Shown: piece by piece, positions 54,753 to 64,000 of the stretch
How the letters are laid out: each line of letters begins with the position of its first letter
How positions within the stretch are numbered: the first letter of the stretch is position 1
Source of the DNA: an uncultured Aequorivita sp.
GTDB lineage: Bacteria; Bacteroidota; Bacteroidia; Flavobacteriales; Flavobacteriaceae
NCBI GenBank assembly: GCA_937125455.1
Contig: CAKZLK010000012.1
Location: forward strand, 50,241-114,240
Direction of reading: 5' to 3'
Length of the DNA stretch: 64,000 nucleotides
Translations under genes and position numbers: made by a program
The notes under the pieces: generated by a model
Told to the model about the DNA's origin: nothing
Databases searched by the model: none
The model's input: only the letters and a program-made list of their open reading frames with translations

Positions 54753-55361
54753 CTTCAAGTCCTGAAGATCTTTTTCTTCTTCTATAGGTTTTCCATTATA
54801 TTTCAATGTCCAACCCATAGAATTCGTTAATATATAAATTTTCTGAAGTTCGGATATGAGGCGGTTTTCTGCATTTGTTCGAAGTTCAGACGCCTCTATT
54901 TTTTTACGAAGTGATTTTTCAACACGCTGTTTTATTTTGTTGTAATCGGTAGCCGTAAACTGATTTAAATAATCTTGGGTGACGTCGTAATATTCAATAT
55001 TTGGATTTATGGAAAGCTCGGGTTCTGGGATGTTCGTAATGGTTACAGTTTTTGTGGCTTCATCAATTTCAGTGTTCACTTTGCTTAAATCATAAGCTAT
55101 GCTGGCTTTCGCATTTACAACAATCAACGCTTTCTTTCGGGCGTCAAAAAGGCCATACATTAAATCTTTACTATCGTTATAACTAAAAACCTGTGCATAA
55201 CTCCCTTCGGTTACAATCAGTTTGCCCACGTTTTTCAGTTCTTTTTGAATTAAGGCCGTATTGGCTTCCAATTGCTCGCGATTATCCTTTCGGTTTTCAC
55301 AATAGCGCAGACCGAAAACGATTATAAAAGCAATTACTATTCCGAGGAAGATGTTTCGCAT
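54747..55361 (-). CDS. DUF4230 domain protein
   Basis: 204 aa with an N-terminal TM segment and a DUF4230-like pattern (VGKLIVTEGSYAQVF...ARKKALIVVNAKASIAYDLSKV). Confidence 0.65.
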   Translation of the reverse strand: MRNIFLGIVIAFIIVFGLRYCENRKDNREQLEANTALIQKELKNVGKLIVTEGSYAQVFSYNDSKDLMYGLFDARKKALIVVNAKASIAYDLSKVNTEIDEATKTVTITNIPEPELSINPNIEYYDVTQDYLNQFTATDYNKIKQRVEKSLRKKIEASELRTNAENRLISELQKIYILTNSMGWTLKYNGKPIEEEKDLQDLKL

Positions 55362-55387
55362 AGTTGTAATTTAGGTAAAATTCGTGA

Positions 55388-55413
55388 GATTGCTTCGCTT
55401 CGCTCGCAATGAC
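55388..55413. repeat. REP-like element (GATTGCTTCGCTTCGCTCGCAATGAC)
   Basis: Imperfect palindrome GATTGC...GCAATG in an intergenic gap. Resembles the short dispersed repeats of this genome type. Confidence 0.55.
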
Positions 55414-55415
55414 GG

Positions 55416-58175
55416 TTACAAGTCATATTTTATAACAAACATCACAATACGCGGAAGCACAAAATACTGCGATGTAGTGTTGAACTGGTCGTTAAAACTA
55501 TCGTTGTTTATAGATTTGGTATCTAAAATATTTGTGGCCTGAACCGAAAACTCCCAAGGGCTTTCGCCGTGTTTGTAATACAGATTGGCGTTGAAAAAGG
55601 AATAGCTGTTATCCACTGTTTTGGCGTCGTTGGTATATTTGTAATAATCCCATTCTGTAAAAAGATTGAAGTCTTTTAAAAACCGAAGATTCACATTTGC
55701 ATACGGGCGGTTTGTAAAAAATGTCTGCTTAATTCCACCGTTGTCGTAATCATTTTTCATAAAACGATAACCCACTTCAAAATTTGGGAAATCCTTAAAG
55801 TTACTCAAAACACTGGCATTGTAGTTCTGCGTAAGACTTTGGCTTTCCTGAATTTCATTATTTATAGTATTGTTTGTTTTGCTTAAAAACACAGCCGCAT
55901 CCAGCTTAAACTGAACTTTTTTTACAGTTTTGCTAAATCTTCCCACTGCCGAAAAAGTCTCATCGGGGAAGTTGCTGTCAAAATTCAATGGACTGCTCAC
56001 TTGACTTATGCCTCGCAAATCTGTATTTGTTTTGATGGCGTCAATTCGTCGTGTATAACTCAAATTTCCACCAATATTGGTATAATTGAAAAGATTGAAA
56101 CTGAAATAAGTTAAATTATAACTGTGCGAAAGTGAATTTTCCAACTCACGATTTCCGCGAAAAAGACGGTTGTAGTTATTAAAAACATATGCTTGAGCGT
56201 AATTATTTACATCGCTATATTCAGAAGTAATTGCATAGTTGAAGCGTAAGTTTTCACTCTTTTTCAATTCCAAAACCACATTTACATCTGGCAAAACCAT
56301 CCAATCGTTTTGGGTTGCAACTGTTCCTAATTGTTCGTTTTTTAGATTATAATTGTGAAGCGTAACGCCAGGTGTGAAAATAAATTTACCAGATTTCAAT
56401 TTATAGTGAAGTCCGAAAAAGGCGTCTGTGAAGGTATAGGTTACGTCGTTATTAAAATCATTTTCAGTGAAATCATTTTGATTGCCATTATCCAAAATCT
56501 GAAAAATACTAGAATTGAATTTTTGATTGCTATAGGTAGTTCCGACTGTGAAGTTAAGATTGCTAACATTATTCAAAATGTAGTAATAATCAACCTTTGC
56601 ATCCAGCTTATTGCTTTTTACTGTTTTGTTTTGATTGACATTATAGCGATCTGATTGCTGTAATGGGTCAAAGGTATCAGAATCACTATTGAATGGGTCT
56701 AACGGATTTATAACCGTGAAAACGCCACGGAAAGGAATAGAATCCTGTACCGCCTGATAAAACGGATCTTCGTTTTGATATAGATGCTGAACTTCTGCGG
56801 CAAATATATTCTTGTCATTTAACGTGTAATAAGCATTTGCAGTTTGATTGATAGAGAACGGTTTGTTTTCTTTTACTTCGGAAATATTGTTTTGGTTGCC
56901 ACCCACGATAGAAATTGTGGCGTCATCTTCGCTTTGTTTTGACGTTTTAATCAACGCATCATAATCCAATTGAAAATCTTTGTTTGGCTTATAGGTGCTG
57001 CTCAATTTCAGCATTGCCAATTGGTTGCGCTGATCGTTTTCAGTATTGGTATTTTCGGTAATTCCGGTTAAAATATATTGACGAATACTGTTGTTTACAA
57101 TGTTCGTTTTGTTGTCGCTCAATATTCCAAAGCCACTAACATCCAGTTTGTCATTTACGGCATAACTAAAGTTTCCAGCAACAAATTTCGCGTCAATACT
57201 TTTTGCGCGATCGTTCTGCGAAACAGCAAAGCCGAGGTCGCTATCGCTAATTCTAAAATTGGTTCCACCGCCTTTATTGAAATTCTTAAACCCACCCGTA
57301 AAGTTGAAATAATCCCGAAACGTAAAAGGAACTTCCCCAATATTGTTGAAATCGGTGATTACGTTAATGCTGTATTTTGGGCTATAATAAAACAGTTTTG
57401 GATGGACTAGATAACGGCCGTTTTCTCCTCCATATTCATCTGCCAAGCCAGCGCCGGCAGTAACTTCCCCAAACCAAAAGTTTTTCTTTCCCTCTTTTAG
57501 CCTTATGTTTATCGCCACGTTATCGCGGTCGTTTCCAAGGCCACGCATTTGGTCTACTTCGTTGTAATTTCGGAGCACTTCCACTTTGTCCACAGCATCG
57601 GCAGGAATGTTTTTGGTGGCTAGTTTGCTATCGCCGTCAAAGAAATCTTTACCCTCCACCATTACTTTAGAAACGGTCTTCCCTTCCACCTGTATTTCGC
57701 CTTCATCATTTACCTCAACACCGGGAAGTTTTTTCATCACATCGCCCAGTTTGCGCTCATCGCCGTTTGTAAAACTGTCTGCGTTGTAAACAATGGTATC
57801 GCCTTTTACGGTGACGGGCATTTCGTAAACGATTTCCACATCATCCAACTGGTTTTCCTGAGGTTTTAGGATAAAATCCAATTCAATATTTTCAGCATCA
57901 GTGGGAACGTTTACCGTTTGTTCTTTGGTTTCATACCCTAAAAAACTTGCCCTTAAAACGTAATTATTTCCTTTTGGAAGATCAAGCTGATAGCGACCTT
58001 GGTAATTGGTAATACCGTAAGACTCCGTTTTACCAGTAACTTTGATACTCGCTATAACATTGGCAAATTCCAGCGGATTGCCGATGCTGTCCTTGATGGT
58101 CCCTTTTACCTTGATGCTTTGGGCGGAGAGGGTGAGAGAGAAAATAAATAATAGAATTGTAAAGATTTTGTTCAT
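55416..58175 (-). CDS. outer-membrane beta-barrel receptor with CarboxypepD_reg-like N-terminal domain (TonB-dependent-receptor-like)
   Basis: The ATG at 58173-58175 gives a signal peptide (MNKIFTILLFIFSLTLSAQ). Paralogue of 21270-24038 (GKTVSKVMVEGKDFFDGDSKLATKNIPADAVDKVEV). The track's N-terminal extension runs into a repeat arm. Confidence 0.8.
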   Translation of the reverse strand: MNKIFTILLFIFSLTLSAQSIKVKGTIKDSIGNPLEFANVIASIKVTGKTESYGITNYQGRYQLDLPKGNNYVLRASFLGYETKEQTVNVPTDAENIELDFILKPQENQLDDVEIVYEMPVTVKGDTIVYNADSFTNGDERKLGDVMKKLPGVEVNDEGEIQVEGKTVSKVMVEGKDFFDGDSKLATKNIPADAVDKVEVLRNYNEVDQMRGLGNDRDNVAINIRLKEGKKNFWFGEVTAGAGLADEYGGENGRYLVHPKLFYYSPKYSINVITDFNNIGEVPFTFRDYFNFTGGFKNFNKGGGTNFRISDSDLGFAVSQNDRAKSIDAKFVAGNFSYAVNDKLDVSGFGILSDNKTNIVNNSIRQYILTGITENTNTENDQRNQLAMLKLSSTYKPNKDFQLDYDALIKTSKQSEDDATISIVGGNQNNISEVKENKPFSINQTANAYYTLNDKNIFAAEVQHLYQNEDPFYQAVQDSIPFRGVFTVINPLDPFNSDSDTFDPLQQSDRYNVNQNKTVKSNKLDAKVDYYYILNNVSNLNFTVGTTYSNQKFNSSIFQILDNGNQNDFTENDFNNDVTYTFTDAFFGLHYKLKSGKFIFTPGVTLHNYNLKNEQLGTVATQNDWMVLPDVNVVLELKKSENLRFNYAITSEYSDVNNYAQAYVFNNYNRLFRGNRELENSLSHSYNLTYFSFNLFNYTNIGGNLSYTRRIDAIKTNTDLRGISQVSSPLNFDSNFPDETFSAVGRFSKTVKKVQFKLDAAVFLSKTNNTINNEIQESQSLTQNYNASVLSNFKDFPNFEVGYRFMKNDYDNGGIKQTFFTNRPYANVNLRFLKDFNLFTEWDYYKYTNDAKTVDNSYSFFNANLYYKHGESPWEFSVQATNILDTKSINNDSFNDQFNTTSQYFVLPRIVMFVIKYDL

Positions 58176-58188
58176 TGAAAAGTTTTTT

Positions 58189-58628
58189 ACCACAGAGGCA
58201 CAGAGGGCACAAAGTTTATAAATAGCCATTAATTACTCTTTTTATTCCATCAACTACCTTTACCGAGTTGAAATTGATTAGAAGCCCAAGCTTTAAATCT
58301 TTAAGTTTTAGATATGTTAGAATTTGCGCAGTATGGATAGGCGCTAATTCCTCCACAGATTTTATTTCAACAATTATTGTGTTTTCAACAATTAAATCAA
58401 TTCTATATCCAGCATCCAATTTAACTTCTTTATAAATTATTGGCAATGCAACTTGTTGCTTTACTTCTAATCCCAACAATTTCAATTCATAGGCAAGGCA
58501 ATATTCATAGGTGCTCTCCAACAGGCCAGGCCCCAATTGCTTATGGACTTCGATGGCAGCACCTATAATTTTAGAAGAAATTTCGTTTTCTATCATATAT
58601 TTCTCTGTGTCCTTTGTGCCTCTGTGGT
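58189..58628 (-). repeat. IVS-like cassette E: inverted octamer-repeat arms bracketing a GxxExxY ORF
   Basis: The left arm (58189-58214) is ACCACAGAGGCACAGAGGGCACAAAG. The right arm (58603-58628) is CTCTGTGTCCTTTGTGCCTCTGTGGT, whose reverse complement is ACCACAGAGGCACAAAGGACACAGAG. Confidence 0.85.
58216..58596 (-). CDS. GxxExxY protein (PD-(D/E)XK-like, 23S rRNA intervening-sequence-associated family)
   Basis: 126 aa. IGAAIEVHKQLGPGLLESTYEYCLAYEL...YRIDLIVENTIIVEIKSV fits the GxxExxY family pattern. Confidence 0.85.
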   Translation of the reverse strand: MIENEISSKIIGAAIEVHKQLGPGLLESTYEYCLAYELKLLGLEVKQQVALPIIYKEVKLDAGYRIDLIVENTIIVEIKSVEELAPIHTAQILTYLKLKDLKLGLLINFNSVKVVDGIKRVINGYL

Positions 58629-58634
58629 TAATTT

Positions 58635-59510
58635 TTATCCGCCAAAACCGCCACGACGACCATTGCCACCACCTCTAAAATTCTCACGAAGTTCATCTGT
58701 TTTTTCCTTTACGATTTTTACGTATTCTTCACGACTAACTTCCTTTCCTTTTTTAGGGGGTTCAATTTTTTCGGAATCTTTTGGATTCATTACTATTTTA
58801 GAACATAAAAGTGTGGTTCTGTAAACATTTAGTTCTAAAATTAGACCCGGCAAACCAGCATATTCTCCTGGACCGTTGCTCACAGGAATCTGTGGTGTAA
58901 ACCAAGCTGTAACCTCAATTTCTTCAGGAATTTCAATCATATCCATTGGGTCTTGGGGTTGAGTGGTATCTGTTTTCTTCTCTGCGCTTTCTTTTTCGTC
59001 TTTCTTTTTGGGTCGTGCCATACTGTAATCGTTTTGATCAACTTTCTTTATGGCAGTTGCCTTAAAAGCAATGTATTGCCCAATTGGTTTAGACTCCTTC
59101 GTTATTTGCCAATCCAAGGTTTGGATGGAATCTGTAACTAAAAATTGTTTTCCGAAGAATTCATTCTCCTCAATAATTTGTCCTGTTTTCAAGTTTTTGT
59201 ATTGTGCTCCTGGCGTGTAGCTACTCATCATCATCTTAAAACCGGGGTTTATAGGAGCGGCATCCAGCTTTTCTTCTTCTTTATAGATAGATTCATCTTT
59301 ATTGAATGTTAGAATGTAGGTTTTCTCCAAAGCATTTTTCATCATTTGGGCGACTGTTTTTTTCATCTCCTCAGACATTTCACGGTTGCCACCTCCAAAC
59401 GCCTCCATATCAACAGTGGTTTTGGATTCATAATAGGCTTGTCCGCTAATATTTTGGGCGTTTATTCCGAAAGTAAAAAGTAGCAGAGAAATTAATATAT
59501 ATTTTTTCAT
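58635..59510 (-). CDS. GLPGLI family protein
   Basis: 291 aa with a signal peptide, the name-giving motif (YAGLPGLILE) and an Arg/Gly-rich tail. Confidence 0.8.
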   Translation of the reverse strand: MKKYILISLLLFTFGINAQNISGQAYYESKTTVDMEAFGGGNREMSEEMKKTVAQMMKNALEKTYILTFNKDESIYKEEEKLDAAPINPGFKMMMSSYTPGAQYKNLKTGQIIEENEFFGKQFLVTDSIQTLDWQITKESKPIGQYIAFKATAIKKVDQNDYSMARPKKKDEKESAEKKTDTTQPQDPMDMIEIPEEIEVTAWFTPQIPVSNGPGEYAGLPGLILELNVYRTTLLCSKIVMNPKDSEKIEPPKKGKEVSREEYVKIVKEKTDELRENFRGGGNGRRGGFGG

Positions 59511-59683
59511 AAAAGATATTATTTATTTGAAAGTCAAAGTTAAAACACTTTGACCGAAATGTTTAAAATTAGTTTAATTTGTTTGAACAAATTTTGTATG
59601 GTACCACTATGACGAACCAAATTATAATCTGTTACATTATTTTTCGTTTAAATAAAACCTTCATTTTGTAACTTGCCATTTCT

Positions 59684-60484
59684 ATGAAACAACTTTTCCT
59701 TCTTTTGCTGCTTATCTGCCAAGTAGGCATTACTCAAAGCCTCGCTCCACTGAGCAAGGTACCATTTGTTGCAGATCGATTTATAGGTATGGATAATTAC
59801 AAAAACACCTACTTTATAAAGGACCGGATAATCAACAAGCAAGGTCCCGACGGTAATTTTCTTTTTAACGACCTTCAGTTGGGACGGATTACTTCGGTAG
59901 ATATTATAAATCCGCTGAAAGTGGTTGTATTTTTTCAAGATACGAATACCGTAGTGATGTTGGACAATAAGCTGAATGAAATTGAGCGTATCAATTTTAA
60001 CAACCTACCGCAGTTTATAAATGTAAGTACCGCGACCAATGCCGGAAGCAACAGTCTGTGGCTTTTTAATGTGGACACCCAGCAGCTGGAACTTTATAAT
60101 TACGGTTCCAAATTGCAAACGGTAGTTTCGCAACCCTTTCCTGGGAGGCTACTATCGCAGGCGAGCAATTTCAATTATTGTTTCACCTTAACCGAAAAGA
60201 AGATGCGCGCTTTTAATAGCTATGGAAGCATCTTGAATGAAGTGCCTTCCGAAGGCTATGAAAAAATCATTCAGCAGAATGAAAATCTAGTCGCTTTAAA
60301 AGAGAATTCACTTTATTATATACCCGATTTTGCCAAACGAAATAATGCTGTTTCACACGAAACCGTGAAACTCACATTCCCTGAAATAACCATTAAAGAC
60401 TTGCAGCTTACCAATGATTTCCTGTATATTTATGACGGCGAAAATTTGCACGCTTTTAAACTAACCATCCCAATTAAAGAATAG
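59684..60484 (+). CDS. hypothetical secreted protein
   Basis: 266 aa with a signal peptide (MKQLFLLLLLICQVGITQS). No family recognised. Confidence 0.5.
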   Translation: MKQLFLLLLLICQVGITQSLAPLSKVPFVADRFIGMDNYKNTYFIKDRIINKQGPDGNFLFNDLQLGRITSVDIINPLKVVVFFQDTNTVVMLDNKLNEIERINFNNLPQFINVSTATNAGSNSLWLFNVDTQQLELYNYGSKLQTVVSQPFPGRLLSQASNFNYCFTLTEKKMRAFNSYGSILNEVPSEGYEKIIQQNENLVALKENSLYYIPDFAKRNNAVSHETVKLTFPEITIKDLQLTNDFLYIYDGENLHAFKLTIPIKE

Positions 60485-60486
60485 CT

Positions 60487-61101
60487 ATGCACGTTGCAAT
60501 TGCAGGAAACATTGGTTCCGGAAAAACCACCCTTACTCGATTATTAGCAAAACATTACAAATGGCAAGCCCATTATGAAGATGTGGAAGACAACCCGTAT
60601 TTGGACGATTTTTACAACCAAATGGAGCGTTGGTCCTTCAATCTTCAGATCTACTTTTTGAATAGTCGCTTTCGTCAAATTCTTGAAATTCGCGAGAAAG
60701 CAAAAAATGTAATCCAAGACAGAACGATTTACGAAGATGCCTATATTTTCGCTCCAAACCTACACGCCATGGGTTTGATGACCAATCGTGATTTTGAAAA
60801 CTACCGATCGCTTTTCGATCTTATGGAAAGTGTTACAGAAGGGCCCGATTTGCTTATCTATTTGCGAAGCAGCATTCCAAATTTGGTGAATCAAATTCAT
60901 AAACGCGGTCGTGATTATGAAAATTCCATTAGCATCGATTACCTAAGCCGTTTGAACGAACGTTACGAAGCTTGGATCCATGGTTACGACAAAGGCAACC
61001 TTATTATTTTTGATGTGGACAACATAAACTTTGTGGACGACCCAGAGCATTTGGGTCAGGTAATCAACAAGATAGACGCCGAACTTCACGGGTTGTTTTA
61101 A
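60487..61101 (+). CDS. deoxynucleoside kinase
   Basis: 204 aa with a P-loop (IAGNIGSGKTTL), DRTIYED and an Arg-rich lid (RGRDYE). Confidence 0.9.
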   Translation: MHVAIAGNIGSGKTTLTRLLAKHYKWQAHYEDVEDNPYLDDFYNQMERWSFNLQIYFLNSRFRQILEIREKAKNVIQDRTIYEDAYIFAPNLHAMGLMTNRDFENYRSLFDLMESVTEGPDLLIYLRSSIPNLVNQIHKRGRDYENSISIDYLSRLNERYEAWIHGYDKGNLIIFDVDNINFVDDPEHLGQVINKIDAELHGLF

Positions 61102-61196
61102 ACAACCTAAAAAAATAAAAAAATCTTCTTTATTACGTTTAATAATAATTCTATATTGCGCGCTTTAACTTATTATTAACACGTAAAACACTACAA

Positions 61197-61721
61197 ATGA
61201 AAATTATTAAACTATTTCTTTTTACCACATTTTTAGCATTAACTATTTCTTGTTCAAAGGATGATGACAATCCAACAACTGCAAACAATGGCAATATCGT
61301 CGGGGTTTGGAAAGGAACCACAGTAGATTATACTGGAAGCACAACTACTTCTGGTCAAGGGCAAACTATATCTGCTGACTATGTTGGGGAGGCCTATGAC
61401 GTTGATTATACCCTAACTTTCACCGAAAACCCTAAAAAAGTTATTTCAGACGGGAGTTATAGCATTGAACTAACAACCACTATTAATGGTCAATCCACTA
61501 CTCAAAACGTTGAGGGACTTGAGTTTCTTTCAAGCGGTGATTGGAATATAAATGGCGATACATTGTCAATTACTGTTGATAATGAAACGGACGATGCAAC
61601 CATCATGGAATTGACTGATACAACTTTGGTATTGAAAGCAGTGGAAACTCAGACAATGAATCAAGGAGGCTTTACAGTAACTTCAACAACTCAGGTTATC
61701 TTAAGTTTTACAAAGCAATAA
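61197..61721 (+). CDS. lipocalin-like lipoprotein of unknown function
   Basis: 174 aa with a lipobox (ALTISC) followed by SKDDDN, and a beta-rich Thr/Gly composition. Confidence 0.55.
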   Translation: MKIIKLFLFTTFLALTISCSKDDDNPTTANNGNIVGVWKGTTVDYTGSTTTSGQGQTISADYVGEAYDVDYTLTFTENPKKVISDGSYSIELTTTINGQSTTQNVEGLEFLSSGDWNINGDTLSITVDNETDDATIMELTDTTLVLKAVETQTMNQGGFTVTSTTQVILSFTKQ

Positions 61722-61740
61722 TCGAATTCTTTAGTGATAT

Positions 61741-61775
61741 AAAAAGCCCCGTCAATTACTGACGGGGCTTTTTTA
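61741..61775. terminator. bidirectional rho-independent terminator
   Basis: AAAAAGCCCCGTCA-ATTAC-TGACGGGGCTTTTTT lies between convergent genes. Confidence 0.8.
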
Positions 61776-61800
61776 TATTCTATTTATATTATGAAGGAAG

Positions 61801-64000
61801 CTACTCTTTATCCTTCACTTTAATCTTCATTCCATCCACATCTTTCAATTGTGCTCTCACTTCTTCTTCAGTTCCAGTGAACGTTTTGGTTTCAGTAGTT
61901 TCAACGCCGTCAACTGTTTTTGTAATAGTTACGTTTGCAGTTACTTGATCGTTGCTATCGTTTTTCAACATTTCAACAGTAGTTTCGGTTTTGTCCTTCA
62001 GGTTTTCGCCTTCTTCAATGGTGCTTCCGGTTTCAATATATTGAATTTGCTTTTCGGTCAAAATAGTTTTGTTTCCATCGGCATCAATAAAGTATACTTC
62101 ATCTGAAGTAGTTTCATTAGCCATTACATCACTACTAGTATGGCCTCCAAGGATTGGGGCAATTACAAGTCCGATCAAACAGGTAAGTTTAATCAAGATG
62201 TTCATAGAAGGTCCTGAAGTATCTTTAAAAGGATCACCAACAGTATCACCGGTTACCGCAGCTTTATGCGCATCAGAACCTTTGTAGGTCATTTCACCGT
62301 TAATCAATACTCCCGCTTCAAAAGATTTTTTAGCGTTATCCCAAGCACCTCCAGCGTTGTTTTGGAAAATAGCCCAAAGTACACCACTCACGGTAACTCC
62401 AGCCATATAACCACCCAACATTTCGGCAATTGCCATATTGTTCATTCCAAAAATCATCGGAACGAAAGCAATAACCAATGGAAAACCTATGGTTAAAACA
62501 CCTGGTAATAACATTTCCTTCAAAGACGCTTTGGTTGAAATAGCCACACATTTGTCGTATTGTGGTTTACCGGTACCTTCCATAATACCAGGAATGTCAC
62601 GGAACTGTCTACGCACTTCGTTTACCATCTGCATTGCAGCTTTACCAACCGCATTCATAGCCAAGGCAGAGAATACAACTGGAATCATACCACCCACAAA
62701 AAGCATCGCTAAAACAGGCGCTTTAAAGATGTTAATTCCATCAATTCCAGTAAAGGTTACATAAGCAGCAAAAAGTGCCAATGATGTTAATGCAGCAGAA
62801 GCAATGGCAAAACCTTTACCAGTTGCAGCAGTAGTATTCCCAACAGAGTCTAAAATATCGGTACGCTCACGAACAATTGGTTCTTGCTCGCTCATTTCGG
62901 CAATACCACCAGCGTTATCACTAATAGGTCCAAAAGCATCAATTGCAAGTTGCATCGCTGTTGTAGCCATCATTGCAGACGCTGCAAGGGCAACCCCATA
63001 AAAGCCAGCAAAAGCATACGATGCCCAAATAGCACCTGCAAAAAGTAATACTGAAGGGAATGTAGAAATCATTCCTGTTGCCAAACCTGCAATAATATTG
63101 GTTCCAGCACCAGTTGATGATTGTTGTACTATTTTAAGAATTGGTTTTTTACCCAAACCAGTGTAATATTCAGTTACCGATGAAATTGTAGCACCTACAA
63201 CCAAACCAACCAATGTGGCATAAAATACTCTCATTGAAGAAATCTCTTGCAGTCCTTCGCCGAAGAAACTCATATTCATGGTTTCTGGAAGCATCCATTT
63301 TACAAGAACAAAACACGAAATAGCCACTAAAACTATGGACACCCAGTTCCCGATGTTTAAAGCACCCATTACTTGGGCTTCTTTCGCATCGTTATTTTTT
63401 ATTTTAACCAGCATTGTACCAATAACAGAAATAATGATTCCTGCACCTGCAATTGCCATTGGCAATAAAATGGGGCCAATACCGCCAAAAGCATCTGTAA
63501 TGGCACCGCCCATATCTTTTATAACGTAGTTCCCTAAAACCATCGCTGCCAACACTGTGGCTACATAACTACCAAATAAATCGGCACCCATACCTGCAAC
63601 ATCACCAACGTTATCACCCACGTTATCAGCAATAGTAGCTGGGTTACGCGGATCGTCTTCTGGAATACCAGCTTCAACTTTCCCTACCAAATCTGCACCA
63701 ACATCAGCAGCTTTTGTGTAGATACCACCACCAACACGTGCAAAAAGTGCGATAGATTCAGCACCTAAACTAAAACCAGCCAATGTTTCAAGCACGATAG
63801 TCATTAATTCCTGTGGGGTTCTAGTAATGCCATCAACAGTTGTTGGCTCCCAAACACCGTTCATAAAAACGTGGAAGAAGATGATAAAGAATAAAGTTAG
63901 ACCCAAAACAGCAAGACCTGCAACACCTAAGCCCATTACCGTACCACCACCAAAAGATATTTTTAGGGCATCTGGCAAGCTTGTTCGCGCAGCTTGTGTG
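61801..64000 (-). CDS. hppA: membrane-integral pyrophosphatase (H+/Na+-translocating), N terminus beyond window edge
   Basis: Conserved motifs are [22 protein letters not shown] and DTVGDPFKD. The reading frame stays open to the window end, and the track's M at 63978 is a TTG inside the gene. Confidence 0.92.
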   Translation of the reverse strand, partial: TQAARTSLPDALKISFGGGTVMGLGVAGLAVLGLTLFFIIFFHVFMNGVWEPTTVDGITRTPQELMTIVLETLAGFSLGAESIALFARVGGGIYTKAADVGADLVGKVEAGIPEDDPRNPATIADNVGDNVGDVAGMGADLFGSYVATVLAAMVLGNYVIKDMGGAITDAFGGIGPILLPMAIAGAGIIISVIGTMLVKIKNNDAKEAQVMGALNIGNWVSIVLVAISCFVLVKWMLPETMNMSFFGEGLQEISSMRVFYATLVGLVVGATISSVTEYYTGLGKKPILKIVQQSSTGAGTNIIAGLATGMISTFPSVLLFAGAIWASYAFAGFYGVALAASAMMATTAMQLAIDAFGPISDNAGGIAEMSEQEPIVRERTDILDSVGNTTAATGKGFAIASAALTSLALFAAYVTFTGIDGINIFKAPVLAMLFVGGMIPVVFSALAMNAVGKAAMQMVNEVRRQFRDIPGIMEGTGKPQYDKCVAISTKASLKEMLLPGVLTIGFPLVIAFVPMIFGMNNMAIAEMLGGYMAGVTVSGVLWAIFQNNAGGAWDNAKKSFEAGVLINGEMTYKGSDAHKAAVTGDTVGDPFKDTSGPSMNILIKLTCLIGLVIAPILGGHTSSDVMANETTSDEVYFIDADGNKTILTEKQIQYIETGSTIEEGENLKDKTETTVEMLKNDSNDQVTANVTITKTVDGVETTETKTFTGTEEEVRAQLKDVDGMKIKVKDKE

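Noticed and set aside
59648-59938. 96-aa minus-strand ORF
   Set aside because: It overlaps the 5' end of the 266-aa secreted-protein ORF on the opposite strand and has no recognisable family or signal.
61849-63529. Several 65-108 aa plus-strand ORFs
   Set aside because: They are antisense shadows inside the highly conserved membrane pyrophosphatase gene.
1-64000. Search for prophage, integrative element, defence island, IS element, tRNA or rRNA
   Set aside because: I recognised no integrase, transposase, recombinase, restriction-modification, toxin-antitoxin or cas-like ORF, and no tRNA-like sequence. Composition looks uniform apart from the Gly-codon tract at 20780-20990.

Overview
The window looks like a chromosomal segment of a low-GC Bacteroidota genome, probably Flavobacteriaceae. 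Supporting signs are a T9SS C-terminal sorting domain, GLPGLI, DUF4136, DUF4230 and GSCFA families, TAnnTTTG -7 boxes and no Shine-Dalgarno signals. It holds about 60 protein genes at high coding density. I saw no rRNA, tRNA, CRISPR array, transposase, integrase or obvious phage or defence genes.

Left part:
- A SAM-I riboswitch controls a met operon (trans-sulfuration enzyme plus hom), which is divergent from metK.
- Next come an amidase, an M28 peptidase, and a TPR-sensor HisKA_3 kinase with a LuxR-type regulator and neighbouring secreted proteins.
- These are followed by GSCFA, alaS, an M23 peptidase, MerR-LemA-TPM-TPM, der, era-M90 peptidase and hutU.

Right part:
- 2-oxoacid dehydrogenase E1 and E2 genes sit directly downstream of a long minus-strand phenylacetyl-CoA (paa) catabolic operon. 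Its order is tetR, paaE, A, B, C, D, G, H, I, a metallopeptidase, paaJ, paaZ, a hydratase, paaY.
- Beyond it are a divergent long-form aromatic amino acid hydroxylase, a CarboxypepD_reg beta-barrel receptor with a GLPGLI partner, a deoxynucleoside kinase and a partial membrane pyrophosphatase.

Main findings:
1. Five small ORFs of the 23S-rRNA-intervening-sequence protein type (four four-helix-bundle, one GxxExxY) each sit in an intergenic gap of a host operon. Each is co-oriented with its host and bracketed by its own inverted, short-period repeat arms. Two ORF-less hairpins built from the same kind of arms lie in neighbouring gaps.
2. A 17-bp near-palindromic motif occurs four times, each at the 5' end of a transcription unit around the two-component system.
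3. Several REP-like element families are present, including copies embedded in frame in two coding sequences.
4. No phenylacetate-CoA ligase is visible next to the paa genes, while E1 and E2 genes are adjacent.
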